A stretch of 64,000 nucleotides of DNA from Chiloscyllium plagiosum (lineage: Eukaryota), in the NCBI RefSeq assembly GCF_004010195.1, contig NC_057718.1, positions 6,424,857 to 6,488,856 on the forward strand, written 5' to 3'. Shown piece after piece: positions 1 to 11,520 of this stretch (position 1 is the first letter of the stretch; the number at the start of each line of letters is the position of its first letter). The translations under genes and the position numbers were made by a program. The notes under the pieces were generated by a model, which saw only the letters and a list, made by a program, of their open reading frames with translations, had not been told where the DNA came from and ran no database searches.

Positions 1-349
1 TGGCTCAGTGGTTAGCACTGTTGCCTCACAGCACCAGAGGCCCAGGTTAGATTCCAAACTCGAATGACTACCTGTGTGGAGTTTGCACATTCGTCTCGTG
101 TCGGCATAGGTTTCCTCTGGGTGCTCCAGTTTCCTCCCACAGTCCAAAGATGTGCAGGTTAGCTGAATTGGCCATGCTAAATTGCCCATAGTGTTTAGGG
201 ATGTTGAGGTTAGGTGCATTAGTCAGGGATAAATATAGGAAAAATAGGGTGGGGAAATGAATCTGGGTGGGTTGCTCATTGGAGGATCGGTGTGGACTTG
301 TTGGGCCAAAGGGCCTGTTTCCACACTGTAGGGATTTTATGATTCTATG
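1..349 (+). mobile_element. HE1-type V-SINE (5' truncated at window edge)
   Basis: tRNA-derived head (TGGCTCAGTGGTTAGCAC), V-domain GTGTGGAGTTTGCACATT...CCCACAGTCCAAAGATGTGCAGG, CR1-like tail GGGCCTGTTTCCACACTGTA. Confidence 0.9.
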
Positions 350-889
350 ACAACAGTTAAAATGCTAATCACGAACAAGTCAACTCATTCAGATATTAAC
401 CAGAACTATTGGTGTGAGATTATTGAAGGCTGTTCTTCCAGTTCTGACACTTGGGGACCAGATATGTTTCTAATCAACCTGTTCAGAGATGTTATTACAC
501 ACCTCCATAACAGATAAGACCTACACCCAGGCCTCCTGCTCCCAGGGTAGGGACTGGACAACCCTATCACAACAGCCCCTACAAATCTGGGATTCCAAAA
601 CAAACAGACAAATTAGTGAACATCTCTTTAGCATATTGACTAGAAGAATATTGCTGCATGTAAAATAATGTTAGGCACCAACATTTGAATTTCTATTGGA
701 TTAGAAGTGAGAGTGAACAATTATTTCTAATTTTGCACTGACAACTGTATTGCTCAGGGAAGATACAGGGTGGGGATGCAATCATCTGAAACTGGCTTTG
801 GGAGCATGATGGAGGGTCACAGGTTGTGGGTTTAATTTGCACTCCAGAGAACTGAGCACCGCATGATCCAAGCTGACTTTCCACAATCG

Positions 890-1110
890 AGTTGCTTCGC
901 TCAGTTAGCTGGATGGCTGGTTTGTAATGCAGAATGACACTAACAGCGTGGCTTCAATTCCCACACTGACTGAAGTTACCATGAAGGACTGTCCTTCTCA
1001 ACCTCTGCCTTCATCTGAGGTGTGCTGACCCTCAACGTAAGGTTGCTACCAGTTGTGTCTCTAATGAGAGAGCAATGCTATGGTGTGTTAAGGCTCTGAC
1101 AATTTTAGTC
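890..1110 (+). mobile_element. tRNA-derived SINE, second family (copy 1)
   Basis: GCTCAGTTAGCTGG A-box-like and TTCAATTCC B-box-like motifs; similar to 1110-1355, 33410-33620 and 48620-48840. Confidence 0.65.
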
Positions 1111-1355
1111 CTGGGGGTCAGTTGGCTGGATGGCTGGTTTGTGATATAGAGTGAGACCAATAGTGCAGGTACAATTCCTGTACTTGTTGAGGATACCATG
1201 AAGATACTGCTTTCTGAATTTTACCCCCTCACTGAGGTGTGATTACCCTCGGGTTAAATCACCACTGACTTCCTCTCTCTGATGAGACAGCAGCCCTCTG
1301 GTCTCTTCCTCTAACAAAAGAGCAGCTCTCTGGGACTTTGGAGCTGCTGACTTTA
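1110..1355 (+). mobile_element. tRNA-derived SINE, second family (copy 2, tandem to copy 1)
   Basis: CAGTTGGCTGGATGGCTGGTTTG...ACCATGAAG...TGAGGTGTG, collinear with copy 1. Confidence 0.6.
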
Positions 1356-1554
1356 AGTGGAGATGGTAAACCCTGTCTACCTTTGCAAATCCGTGTAGAA
1401 TTGCCACTAATTTGAAGATGATACAGGAGTCCATCCCAGTGCCCTGGCTAATATTCAGCATGCAAAGCTAATTGCAGGCCTTTATTTGTTCAAGGAATAT
1501 TTTAACAAGGCAATTTGATCCTGTTAGTTCCAGTTTTCTTATTGAGAATGCATT

Positions 1555-1861
1555 GAGGCAGCATAGTGGCTCAGTAGTTAGCACTGCTACTTCATAGTGC
1601 CAGGGACTTGGATTCAATTCCAGCCTTGGATGACAATCTGTGTAGAGTTTGCACATTCTCTGTGTCCATGTGGGTTTCCTCCCACTGACCAAAGATGTGC
1701 AGGTAAGGTGGATCAGCCATGATAAATTGCCCATAATAGACCACCCATGTTAAATGCAGGCTTAAAGGGTGGGGTGCTAGGTTTGAGTGGGATGCTGTTT
1801 GCAGGGTTGGTGTAGACTCAAAGGGCTGAATGGCCTCTTTCCACACTGTATGGATTCTATG
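1555..1861 (+). mobile_element. HE1-type V-SINE
   Basis: tRNA head, V-domain and CR1-like tail. Confidence 0.85.
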
Positions 1862-1899
1862 AAAGTTGCTAAGTATACATTATAATTTTAATTTGAAAA

Positions 1900-2210
1900 C
1901 GAATAAGGAATCACATGGCATGAAAAGGGTAAGGTTATTCACACCAGTTGATCATTCAATGATGAAAGGCCATGAATTTAAAATTGTTATTAAGAAAATG
2001 AAGTTCAGGGAAGGCTAGAGCAATGAATGCTTTTGCTACACAGTGTACTTAAGAAGGAGACTTGCATTTATTTTGAGGGGAAGTAGGATAAATATTTAAA
2101 GCAAAGGAATGGACAGGACCTTTGGGAGTGTGTAGAGCAGTAGGATTATTTTTGCTTTTTCTCTAACAAAGAACCAAATGGCCCCCTTCTGTGTTGTAAA
2201 CTTCTGTGGT
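1900..2210 (+). mobile_element. Old CR1 LINE 3' fragment
   Basis: Degenerate CR1 ORF2 end and 3'UTR (GGCCATGAATTTAAAATT...CCAAATGGCCCCCTTCTGTGTTG). Confidence 0.5.
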
Positions 2211-2689
2211 TTTGTAGTACAAACTGTCTCCATTCCAGGAATGTCTAGCAAAATATAGCTACTGTTCCAGCCATCTTTGTTCGGCAGCGCTGTCTAAAAC
2301 GCCATGGGCAGAGATCAATTCTCAGAATGTTACTGTTCGCTCATTAAATATGATTAACTCAGAATGACAATACCTACAGTCGTGCAGAAAAGAATCGGAT
2401 GCGACGGCAGCACTTGTGCAGCTTCTGGCTAACTTGTAGCCTGTTAATTGGACATTTTTGGAGTACACTTTGAAAGCCAAAGAATTTAGAACAATTTTCT
2501 GACCTTTAAATGTATTGACACTTTGAGATGTGCCAAAACCAAGTATGTTTAAAGCCAGGCTCCCCTGTACCATTATGCCCAACCTTAGACCTGTTGATCC
2601 TGAAATATTCCTTATGCTTCTCTCTCTAGAAGCTGCCAGACATGCTGCGCATTTCCTGTTTTCGTTTTAATCTGATCTCCACACGATAG

Positions 2690-2890
2690 GAAGGATGACT
2701 AGGCTTTGGAGAGGGTGAAAAAGAGGTTTTCTAAGATGTTGCCTGGATTGGAGTGTATTAACCATAAAGAGGGGTTGGACAAACTTGGACTTTTTTTGCT
2801 TGAGTTTCAGAGGCTGAGGGGCAACTGGGTAGAGGCATATAAGATTTTGAGAGGAATGGATATGGTGGATAATTAGAGTCTTTCTCCTTT
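2690..2890 (+). mobile_element. CR1 LINE 3' fragment
   Basis: Degenerate CR1 ORF2 C-terminal motifs (ALERV.KRF..ML.GL, RLRG.L.E.YKI). Confidence 0.65.
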
Positions 2891-3691
2891 GTATTTGAAA
2901 CCGTGCTCCCTGCATAACAAGAACATCCTTCTTCAAATCAAGAGACCAATTGGCACACAATATTGGAGGTATGCCCTTACCAGTGAGCTGTATAATCGCA
3001 TAAGATGTAGGTTCATTCTCCTTTGCTCATCCACAGAGTGAGGGATAGCAGGTGGGATGGAGGTGGAGTGATGGGGCACCTGTTAAATGTCCTGAGAGGA
3101 GAATGCTGGGAGGCCTGTATGGAATCCCTTCTCTATACTGGGCAACTATTGGAACTGCTTTACCTCCATGTGAGGAAGAGGCACTTAATGAGGTCAATGT
3201 CCCTCAACTCCTTGCCCTTGGTGTTGTCCTGGAGAAGGGTTACACACAAAACATTGACTTCTCCACCTCCTGATGCTGCCTGGCTTGCTGTGTTCTTCCA
3301 GCCTCCTGCCTGTCTACCTAAGTTTAACAGTTGCCAGACAGTCAGGGCTGAGGAAGAAGTCTTGAGTTGCTTAAGAGAAAAAACATCCAGATAGTCAGGG
3401 AGTCTGTGATATGAGACAGTGATGTCTGAACTGCCAAGCTATGAAAGGAAAACTAACTGGAAAATCTGCTGGATGTAGAGGTTTTGGCAAACCTGCCTGT
3501 TTTCACAGAGAGTATCTAAAAGTTAGATAGAAGAAAGCTCCAGAAAGCAATTACAACTGTGCCAACTGAACAAGGAACTTTAAAATGGAGACAGGGAGAC
3601 CTTTCACTGAAGTGTCTGCATGATCATTGTTGAGACTAGAATGGCTGTACCTTTATTTCCTGATATTTGTAATAAAACGGCTTCAAATAAA

Positions 3692-4010
3692 ATCCCTACA
3701 GTGTGGCAGCAGGCTATTCAGCCCATCGGGTCCACGCAACCCTCTGAAGAACGGCCCATCCAGATCCACCCCCTTCTCCAACTCTGCATTTGCCAAAGCT
3801 AATTTACCTAGCCTGCACACCATAGGCAATTTAGCATGGCCAATCCATCTAACCTGTACATCTCTAGACAGTAGGATGAAACTGGAGCACCAGGATGAAA
3901 CCCACACAGAAACGGGGAGAATATGCAAACTCCACACAGTCAGTCACCCAAGGCTGGAATTGAACCCAGGTTCCTAGCACTGTAAGGCAGCAGTGCTAAC
4001 CACTGTGCTG
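3692..4010 (-). mobile_element. HE1-type V-SINE
   Basis: Reverse complement of tRNA head and V-domain (ORF 3683-3937 WSLHILPVSVWVSS is the SINE body). Confidence 0.85.
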
Positions 4011-4284
4011 CTCACAGCGTACAAAATTGCTTGTGTGCAATTTAATGAGAGTTTTTTTCATTTCCTCTTGTGTGCTATAATTTATTTTTAAAAGTACATC
4101 AGCAGCCTCTTGTCAATGACTGACCACCGCAATAATAAATAGCAACAATAAAACGTTTCAGACATCACAGTTTCATATCAAACAGACACAGATTCGCTGA
4201 CTACCTGGACGTTTTTCTCTTAAGCAACTCAAGATTCCATCAAGCCAGGTTTCACTCCGGGAACTGACTTGTCCAATATTCCTA

Positions 4285-4545
4285 GGTAAAAACAATGACT
4301 GCAGATGCTGGAGACCACAGTCTAGATTAGAGTAGTGCTGGAAAAGCACAGCAGGTCAGGCAGCATCCGAGGAGCAGGAAAATCGATGTTTCGGGCAAAA
4401 GCCCTTCATCAGGAATACAGGCAGCGAGCCTGAAGGGTGGAGAGCTAAGTGAGAGGAGGGTGGGGGTGGGGAGAAAGTAGCATAGAATAGAATAGGTGAG
4501 TGGGGGAGGGGATGAAGGTGATAGGTTAGGGGGGAGGGTGCTGAG
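4285..4545 (-). mobile_element. Penelope-like element 3' fragment, family A
   Basis: Similar to 46040-46500; carries a hammerhead motif and the pyrimidine-rich UTR (minus strand). Confidence 0.75.
4381..4416 (-). ncRNA. Minimal hammerhead ribozyme motif (family A; helix III CG>CA decayed)
   Basis: Minus strand: attc CTGATGA a gggc tttt gccc GAAA ca TC gatt. Confidence 0.6.
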
Positions 4546-4611
4546 ATGACAACAATCAGTTGCAAGTATTTCCATTCACAAAGTTCCAATGCGCCCCTCA
4601 CTCATTCCTGT

Positions 4612-4926
4612 GGGCGGCACGGTGGCACAGTGGTTAGCACTGCTGCCTCGCAGCGCCAGAGACCCGGGTTCAATTCCCGACTCAGGCGACTGACTGTGTG
4701 GAGTTTGCACGTTCTCCCCGTGTCTGCGTGGGTTTCCTCCGGGTGCTCCGGTTTCCTCCCACAGTCCAAAGATGTGCAGGTCAGGTGAATTGGCCATGCT
4801 AAATTGCCCGTAGTGTTAGGTAAGGGGTAAATGTAGGGGTATGGGTGGGTTTCGCTTCGGCGGGTCGGTGTGGACTTGTTGGGCCGAAGGGCCTGTTTCC
4901 ACACTGTAATCCAATCTAAATCTAAA
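4612..4926 (+). mobile_element. HE1-type V-SINE, CpG-rich young copy
   Basis: Complete GGGCGGCACGGTGGCACAGTGG head, GGTTCAATTCC B-box, V-domain, tail and AATCT repeats. Confidence 0.95.
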
Positions 4927-5742
4927 TTCCCCTCCAATATACAAAAGAAATGCATCTCACGAGACTTAAAGCTCATTATTTTTTAACTAGTCTGATAAAT
5001 GCATGAATACTCCGAATATTTACCGTGTGCTTCTCAAACCCAAACCCCCAAATAGTCTAGATGTGGAAATGAGCAGTCCGTGTTGTTTGGTGTGACTAAA
5101 CATCCAATGCTATTGATAGAGTGCCCACATGAACTTCAGTCACATGTTTGTGGTGACCAGGCCTACACCAAACCCCTGGGGTAAAAACAAATGCTTATTT
5201 TAGCAAGAAACCAGTTGGAACCCTTTGTCCAAGTTTTTGGAGATCCAAACATGTCAGATCCCAAATCCATGATCTCCCAAACCCATGACTGCATCCAAGA
5301 TGGAGGGAATTCGGAGATTGCATGTCCTGTGTGGAATGTAAAGAGTTGCTACAATGGCAGGGCATGCAAGATAGAATGCAATATGTCCATTGCTCAATCA
5401 CTCAGCATTAGGCCATCCTGAATTCGTCCCCTTGTCGCAACTAATTCAAAAATATGTTGTCAAATGTGGCTGGAGCTGGAGCTAATGTGAGACAGATATG
5501 AATAAAATATTTTATTTCCAGCCCAACTATATAATTCCATCGATAACTGTGTTTCAGAGGGAGATAGCACAATGCTGGCTTTGAACATTTCTCATGACTC
5601 ATTTTCTCAAACTGCTGACTCAGTGTAAAAGATAACCCATATTTTCAAAGTATCTTTCAAATCACAAGGATGTCACAAAAAATGTGGAATACAGCCTTGG
5701 TGGAGATGCTGTCCCATTGAAGGAAAGGTGCCATCCAGGTTT

Positions 5743-5939
5743 AGGGCGTAGGTTTGCTCGCTGAGCTGTAGGTTTGATATCCAGATATTTCATTACCTGG
5801 CTAGGTAACATCATGAGTGGCGACCTCCAATTGAAGGTCAGGAAATGAAACGTCTGGATATCAAACCTACAGCTCAGCGAGCAAGCCTACACCCTAAACC
5901 TCAACCTGAGCTACAAACCTTCACAAACCTTGCAAAATA
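5743..5939. mobile_element. Palindromic Penelope-like element, family C, with decayed hammerhead
   Basis: Inverted arms (5737-5792 vs 5846-5901); TSD CCATCCAGGTTT at 5731-5742 and 5940-5951; minus strand 5781-5820 cca CTCATGA t gttacc tagcca ggtaat GAAA ta TC tgg. Confidence 0.7.
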
Positions 5940-6254
5940 CCATCCAGGTTTTGTGTAACCCAAACTCCTGACCAGATCATTTGCTTTTGGGATGCTGAGT
6001 AAGAGATAGATGTTGATTGGAGAGATATGAGGGAAAGCTTCAAAGTGTTGCCATTGAAAAGCTCTTACATAATACACCTGACAGATTTTATACTCATCTA
6101 ACCTTTGGGACATCAAGCAGTGTACCCTCACTGCTGCACAGAAACTTGTTAACTCTATAATGGAAAATTGTTATCACTGAGTAAGATGCTGTAGCATTCC
6201 AAAGGGCAGGTAAGCATGGTGTGTGATGTGGCATAGTTAGGCTGAAGTTGGTAA

Positions 6255-7030
6255 GGAACATAGAAACTAGGAGCAGGTGTAGGCCATTCGGCCCATCGAG
6301 CCTGCTTCACCATTCAATACGATCATGGCTGATCGTCCACCCCTCCTCTCCCCTTATCTTTTTGATCCCTTCACCTCTAAGAACTATATCTAACTCCTTC
6401 TTGAAAACACTCAATGTTTTGGCCCCAACCTCCTTCTGTGGTGGAGAAGTCTCTAGCATCCCTATTGTCTGGGTGAAGACCTTCCTCCTCATCTCTGTCC
6501 TCAGTTGGTCTATCCCATAACCTTAGACTGTGGCCCTTGGTTCCAAATTTCCAGGTTATTGAGAACATCCTTCCTGCATTTACTCTGTCTAGTCTTATTA
6601 GAATTTTATAGGTTTTGATGAGATCTCCCTTGTTTTAATAAACTTGTGAATATAGCCCTAATCAACCCTGTCTCTCTTTCTTTCGTCAGTCTTCCATCCC
6701 AGGAATCAGTCTGCTAAACCATTGGTGCCTCTCCATTGCCAGAACATTCTTCCTGAGATAAGGAGACCAAAACTGCACACAGCACTCTGGGGTGTTGCCT
6801 CACAGGGACAATGTACAGTTGCAGCAAGACATCTTAGCTCCTGTACTTAAATCCTCTCACTATGAAGACAAACGTACCAGTCGCCTTCTTTGTTAACTGT
6901 TGAACCTGTATATTTTCAGCAACTGATATACAAAGACACCTTTCCCAATTTAAGACCATTCAGATATTAATCTGTCTTCCTGTTTTTGCAAGCAGAGTAG
7001 ATATCTTCATATTTATCCATGTAATATTTC
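6255..7030 (-). mobile_element. CR1 LINE 3' fragment
   Basis: Minus-strand CR1 ORF2 C-terminus (FTQ...EV.AKTLSVFKKELD) plus 3'UTR. Confidence 0.8.
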
Positions 7031-7099
7031 CATGCATTTTTCCATGCCATGTTTACTTCCTTGCAGAGCTTAGTGAACAGGTTAGAATATTTTTGTTTT

Positions 7100-7412
7100 A
7101 GAATTAGAAACATTCCCTTCGCCCCAACAAGTCCACAGGGACCCCTCCGAAGAGTAGCCCACCCAGACCCACTCTCTTACATTTGCCCCTGACTGACGCA
7201 CCTAACCTAAACATCCATGCACACTATGGGGCAATTTAGCCTGGCCAATTCACCTAACCAGCATATCTTTGGATTGTGTGAGGAAATCAGAGCACCAGGA
7301 GGAAACCCACACAGACACAGGGAGATTATGCAAACTCCACACAGGCAGTTGCCTCAGGCTGGAATCGAACTGAAGTCCCTGGTGTTGTGAGGCAGCAGTG
7401 CTAACCATCGAG
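7100..7412 (-). mobile_element. HE1-type V-SINE
   Basis: Reverse complement of HE1 head, V-domain and tail. Confidence 0.85.
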
Positions 7413-7429
7413 CCATCCCACTCTCTGGA

Positions 7430-8040
7430 GGAAAAAATATTATGGCAATCTAAAACATTCCTCAGCACTTTATTGTACAGGACGTTGATTAAGACACTTA
7501 TGGAATGTTGTATGCATTGCAATTCTGGTCTCCCTGCTTTAAGGAAGATGTTGTGAAACTTGAAAAGGTACAGAAAAGATTTACAAGGTTGTCGCCAGGG
7601 TTGGAGGGTTTGATCTATAATGAGAGGGTGAATAGGTTGGGGCCATTTTCCCCAGAGCTGAGTGGTGACCTTATAGAGATTTATAAAATCATGAGGAGAA
7701 TGGACAGGGTGATTAGCCAAGGTCTTTTGCCCAGGACAAGGGAGTTGAAATTAGAGGACATAGGTTTCAGGTGAGTGTGGAGCGATTAAAAAGGGACCTA
7801 TGGGTAACTTTTTCACGCAGAGGGTGATGTGTGTATGGAGTGAGTTGCCAGAGGAATTGGTGGAGACTGGTACAATGACAACATTTAAAGGCATCTGGAT
7901 GGGTATATGCATAGGAAGAATATAGAGGGATATGGGCTAGATGTTGGCTTTTGGGACTAGATTGGTTTGGAATATCTGGTCAGCACGGACAAGTTGGACT
8001 GAAGGATCTATGTCTGTGCTGTACATCTCTCTGACTCAAT
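7430..8040 (+). mobile_element. CR1 (HER1-like) LINE 3' fragment
   Basis: ORF 7505-7774 QFWSPCFKEDVVKLEKVQKRFTR...GDLIEIYKIM. Confidence 0.9.
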
Positions 8041-8879
8041 GAACTTTATTGATTGAAAAATAGTAGGTTCAAACCCATCACTGAATCCACTCCTAGGTAT
8101 GTTGATAGAACTCTGGGGTCTTATCAAAGTGCCAATTCTCACTCATGAAACAAGAGTTACACAAGGTACCAAAGATTCACGCAATTCCATTCTAAAATCC
8201 AACATAAGAGTTTGGACCATTAATCAACCGTGGGAACTCTGGCTGACTCTCCTTTCCTCTCTAGTCCACGGGTGCTAACTAATTTTGAGTTTCTCTGCTC
8301 AGTAGAAAGGATATTGAAGCAGGGGTTTCCCTGGTATTTCCACATCCATATGAACCTCCGATTAACTCAATCCTTCGGTGCAGCTAAATATTGCATTATG
8401 CAATGAGTGCGGTCTATTCAAGGATGCATTGCTTGAGAATAAGAAAAGTCCAGTTTAACAAAGGAGCGCAGACTTCTACCGCAACAGGGAGCCTCACTGT
8501 CGTGGCAAAACACCCGAGGATGGTAAATATTGCCAGTGTCACCCTCGAAAATGTCCCACTTCCACAGGATCGGGATTGGAATGGACTGGGATTCACATTT
8601 GCTCCTTTTGCTGAGGCAGCTAGTTGATTCCATCCCCATTCAAGTTGGATTTCGGTCACCTTGGAATGTGAATCCTGAAGTTTTAATCTGGTGGGCACAT
8701 GGATGATCTTTCTGCACCCATTTAGATAGCCAGCGTACCTCTTTGGAGACTCTCATTGTGTTAACTGTTTACTTTTTAGAAATACTTACGGAAACAGTTA
8801 CTGGCTGTTTTTATGTTTCCATTATCTTTCTCCCATTCTGTAGTTATTACCTACATTTTTTTTAGCCATTTGTATTCAG

Positions 8880-9300
8880 TCTGATCATTTATCACACGAT
8901 TCATTTTTGCATAATGATGTGTTTTATCTTTATATTTGATATCATCTTTGTCTTTTCTCATTAACCATAGATGGTTGGTTGTTCCTTGAAATTGTTTTTA
9001 CTTGTTGGAATGCATCCATTCCTTGTTTTATGAAATATCTCGTAAATGTCTTCCATTGACATGTTGATTTTGACCAGTCTGCTGACAGTTCCAGTAAAGA
9101 GTTTATGTGTTTTTTTATTGCATGTTTATGTCCACTTTTAACCATTCCAAAAAAGATCCTCGCCTCCCTTAAGGGACATTTGGCTTTCACTAAAGTTATC
9201 CCATGATTAGATTCAAAGAGGTATCCTGCCGACCCAAAAATATCCATCAAATTCCAAGCTGTACTTCCATGCATTCATTTACACTATTCATGTTTCACAC
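8880..9300 (-). mobile_element. Old CR1 ORF2 internal fragment
   Basis: ORF 8942-9274 resembles the CR1 endonuclease-RT linker (QWKTF...); highly degenerate. Confidence 0.45.
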
Positions 9301-9369
9301 TTCAAGGTTTGCAAATCGCATTTCACTGGATTAACCCAACCATTTAAATGGCCACCATGAACTGCTTAT

Positions 9370-9680
9370 ACATAGAATCATGGTTGTCTACCATCCAGTA
9401 AAAGGCCCATCGGCCCATTGCGTCAAAAGCAATCCTCATCCCATTTTCCAGCACTTGACCCATAGCTTTGTGTATCTTGGCATCACAAGAGTACATCTAA
9501 AGATTTCTTCAATGTGATGAGGGGTTTTGCCCCTCCCACCCCTTACAGACAGGGATTTCCAGATTCCCACCACCCTCTGGGTGAAAAAGGGTTTTTCCTC
9601 ACAAATCCTCGAAACTTTCATTAAATCTATACCACCCCAGGCATTGATCCCATGAAGAGGAAACGTTTCTTCCTGTCTAC
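9370..9680 (-). mobile_element. CR1 LINE 3' fragment
   Basis: FFTQRVVGIWKSL motif in ORF 9436-9621. Confidence 0.8.
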
Positions 9681-10069
9681 GCTGTCAGAAAACATGTCCC
9701 ATCCTGAGAAAAATAGCAAGCATCATGGTTGTAGGATGGAACTTGCTGGTTTTGGTCACTTCCACCATTTTCAGCACAACAGAGAGGCTCTTTGTCATGG
9801 CAAAAGTACAGGCCTTAGCTTTGTCAAGGCAAGTCCTTTAAATAAAAATCTCTGCACACATTTCCAGTGCAAAGGTTGTTCCTCTGGTACCTTATTGCAA
9901 GTCAAACCCACAGTTTCTATTGAGCTTGAACTTGAACCAAATGCACTTTTCGCCAAATAACTGTTTACACTTTTTGAATTTCTTATTGGTTTTTCCAAGC
10001 TCCCTGCTGAAGACACCTGCGTTCCCAAGTGGAATTGGATTCAGACTAAATCCAAGTTCTCTTAGTGGC

Positions 10070-10610
10070 ATAGAGTCATAGAGTCACACAGCATGAAAAC
10101 AAACCCTTTGGTTCAAGCAGTCCACGCTGACCTTGTTTCCAAACTAAACTATTCCCACCTGCCTGCGTTTGGCATCTATCCCTTCAAACCTTTTCTATTC
10201 ATGTACTTATCCAAATGTCTTTTAAATGTTGTGACTATACCCTCACCCACCCCTTCCTCAGGAAATTCATTCCACACGCAAACCATCCTCTGTGGAAATT
10301 TCCCCTCACAACTTTTTAAATCTTTCTCCTCTCACCTTAAAACTATCCCCCTTTGTTTTGAACTCTCCCACCTCAAAGAAAAGACTTCTGACATTCACCC
10401 TATCCATGTCCCTCATGATTTTATAAATCTCTATAAGGTCACTCCTCAACATCCTAAGCTCCAGTGAAGAAAGTCCCAGCATATCCAGCCTATTTTTACA
10501 TCGCTCCATTTCTGGCAACATCCTGGTAAATCCTTTCTGAACAGTCTCCAATTTGATAATATCCTTCCTATAGCAGGGCGACCAGAACTGGACACAGTAC
10601 TCCACTACTG
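10070..10610 (-). mobile_element. CR1 (HER1-like) LINE 3' fragment
   Basis: EYCVQFWSPCYRKDIIKLETVQK...DLIEIYKIM; CTATGACT tail repeats. Confidence 0.9.
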
Positions 10611-10829
10611 TAGGCATTACGTTTATACAGGATCTTTCTCTAACTGTAATTGCCAGTTAACTGTCTTTAAAATGTTTGCAAAGAGCCAAGGTCTTGACTC
10701 CCTTCACTTTTAATGAGTTAGATATCAAGTTGCAGGGATAGGTACACCTCAATTATTTTCCACTTCATCATAATATTATCCTATTGACCAAGAGTGGACG
10801 TTCTTACTACAAATCTGCTCCAATATCGA

Positions 10830-11520
10830 GATCTTTTCTTTATTCATTCCTGGGATGTGGGTGCTGTTGACTGAGCCAACATTTATTGCCCATCCTTAGT
10901 TGACGTCGCATATAATTCCACCTGCATAAGCTGTTCACCCCCTCTCAACCAATCCTCTGGTCAAAGTGTCATATGTATTTCTATAACGTCCAGCCTTAAT
11001 GGTTCCAATACTCTCCTGGTTAGCCTCCTAACTTCTACTCTATGAAAACTTGAGGTGTTGTTATTGTATCCAAATTTGCATGTGTTTACCTCATCAATCC
11101 TATTTGGTTCCTTAATTATCATTCAGTTTCCTGGCTTTCTTTTACACCCCACTCCCCCCACTACTATAATTTCCCACAGCCCCAGCAGCTTTGCATTCCT
11201 CCGAGACTGGCCTTATTTCCATCACTGACTTCATTCACTCCACCCGTTGGTAGCTCTGTCTTTAGCTACACAAGTCAAAGCTCTGGAATCTCCTTGCTCT
11301 CTGTATCACTCTTTCAAAACATCCTTCAAATTTTTGGAAATCCATTCCAGTACCTCCTTTCTCTGCTTCCTTCATTGGTTCATGTCTGACTCTGAGCAAT
11401 GCACCTTGGGATGTTTTAGCCCAATCAAGCATCAACAATGAATCGCATAACATTGTGCCTTTTATGTTCTTTATTGGGACGTGGAAATTGCAAGCAAGTC
11501 CAGCATTCGTTGCCCACATT
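10830..11520. mobile_element. Degenerate L2-like fragments
   Basis: Minus-strand L2-type tails (CATTTATTGCCCATCC) at ~10840-10900 and ~11470-11520 flank a decayed L2-like ORF2 3' end. Confidence 0.5.

Noticed and set aside
4612..4690. tRNA gene
   Set aside because: tRNA-derived head of an HE1 SINE that continues into the V-domain; the same applies to the other copies
8390..8404. Palindrome ATTGCATTATGCAAT (POU-like) and nearby Cys-rich frames at 8391-8698
   Set aside because: A short AT-rich palindrome is expected by chance; the ORFs match no family I recognise and show no viral hallmark motifs
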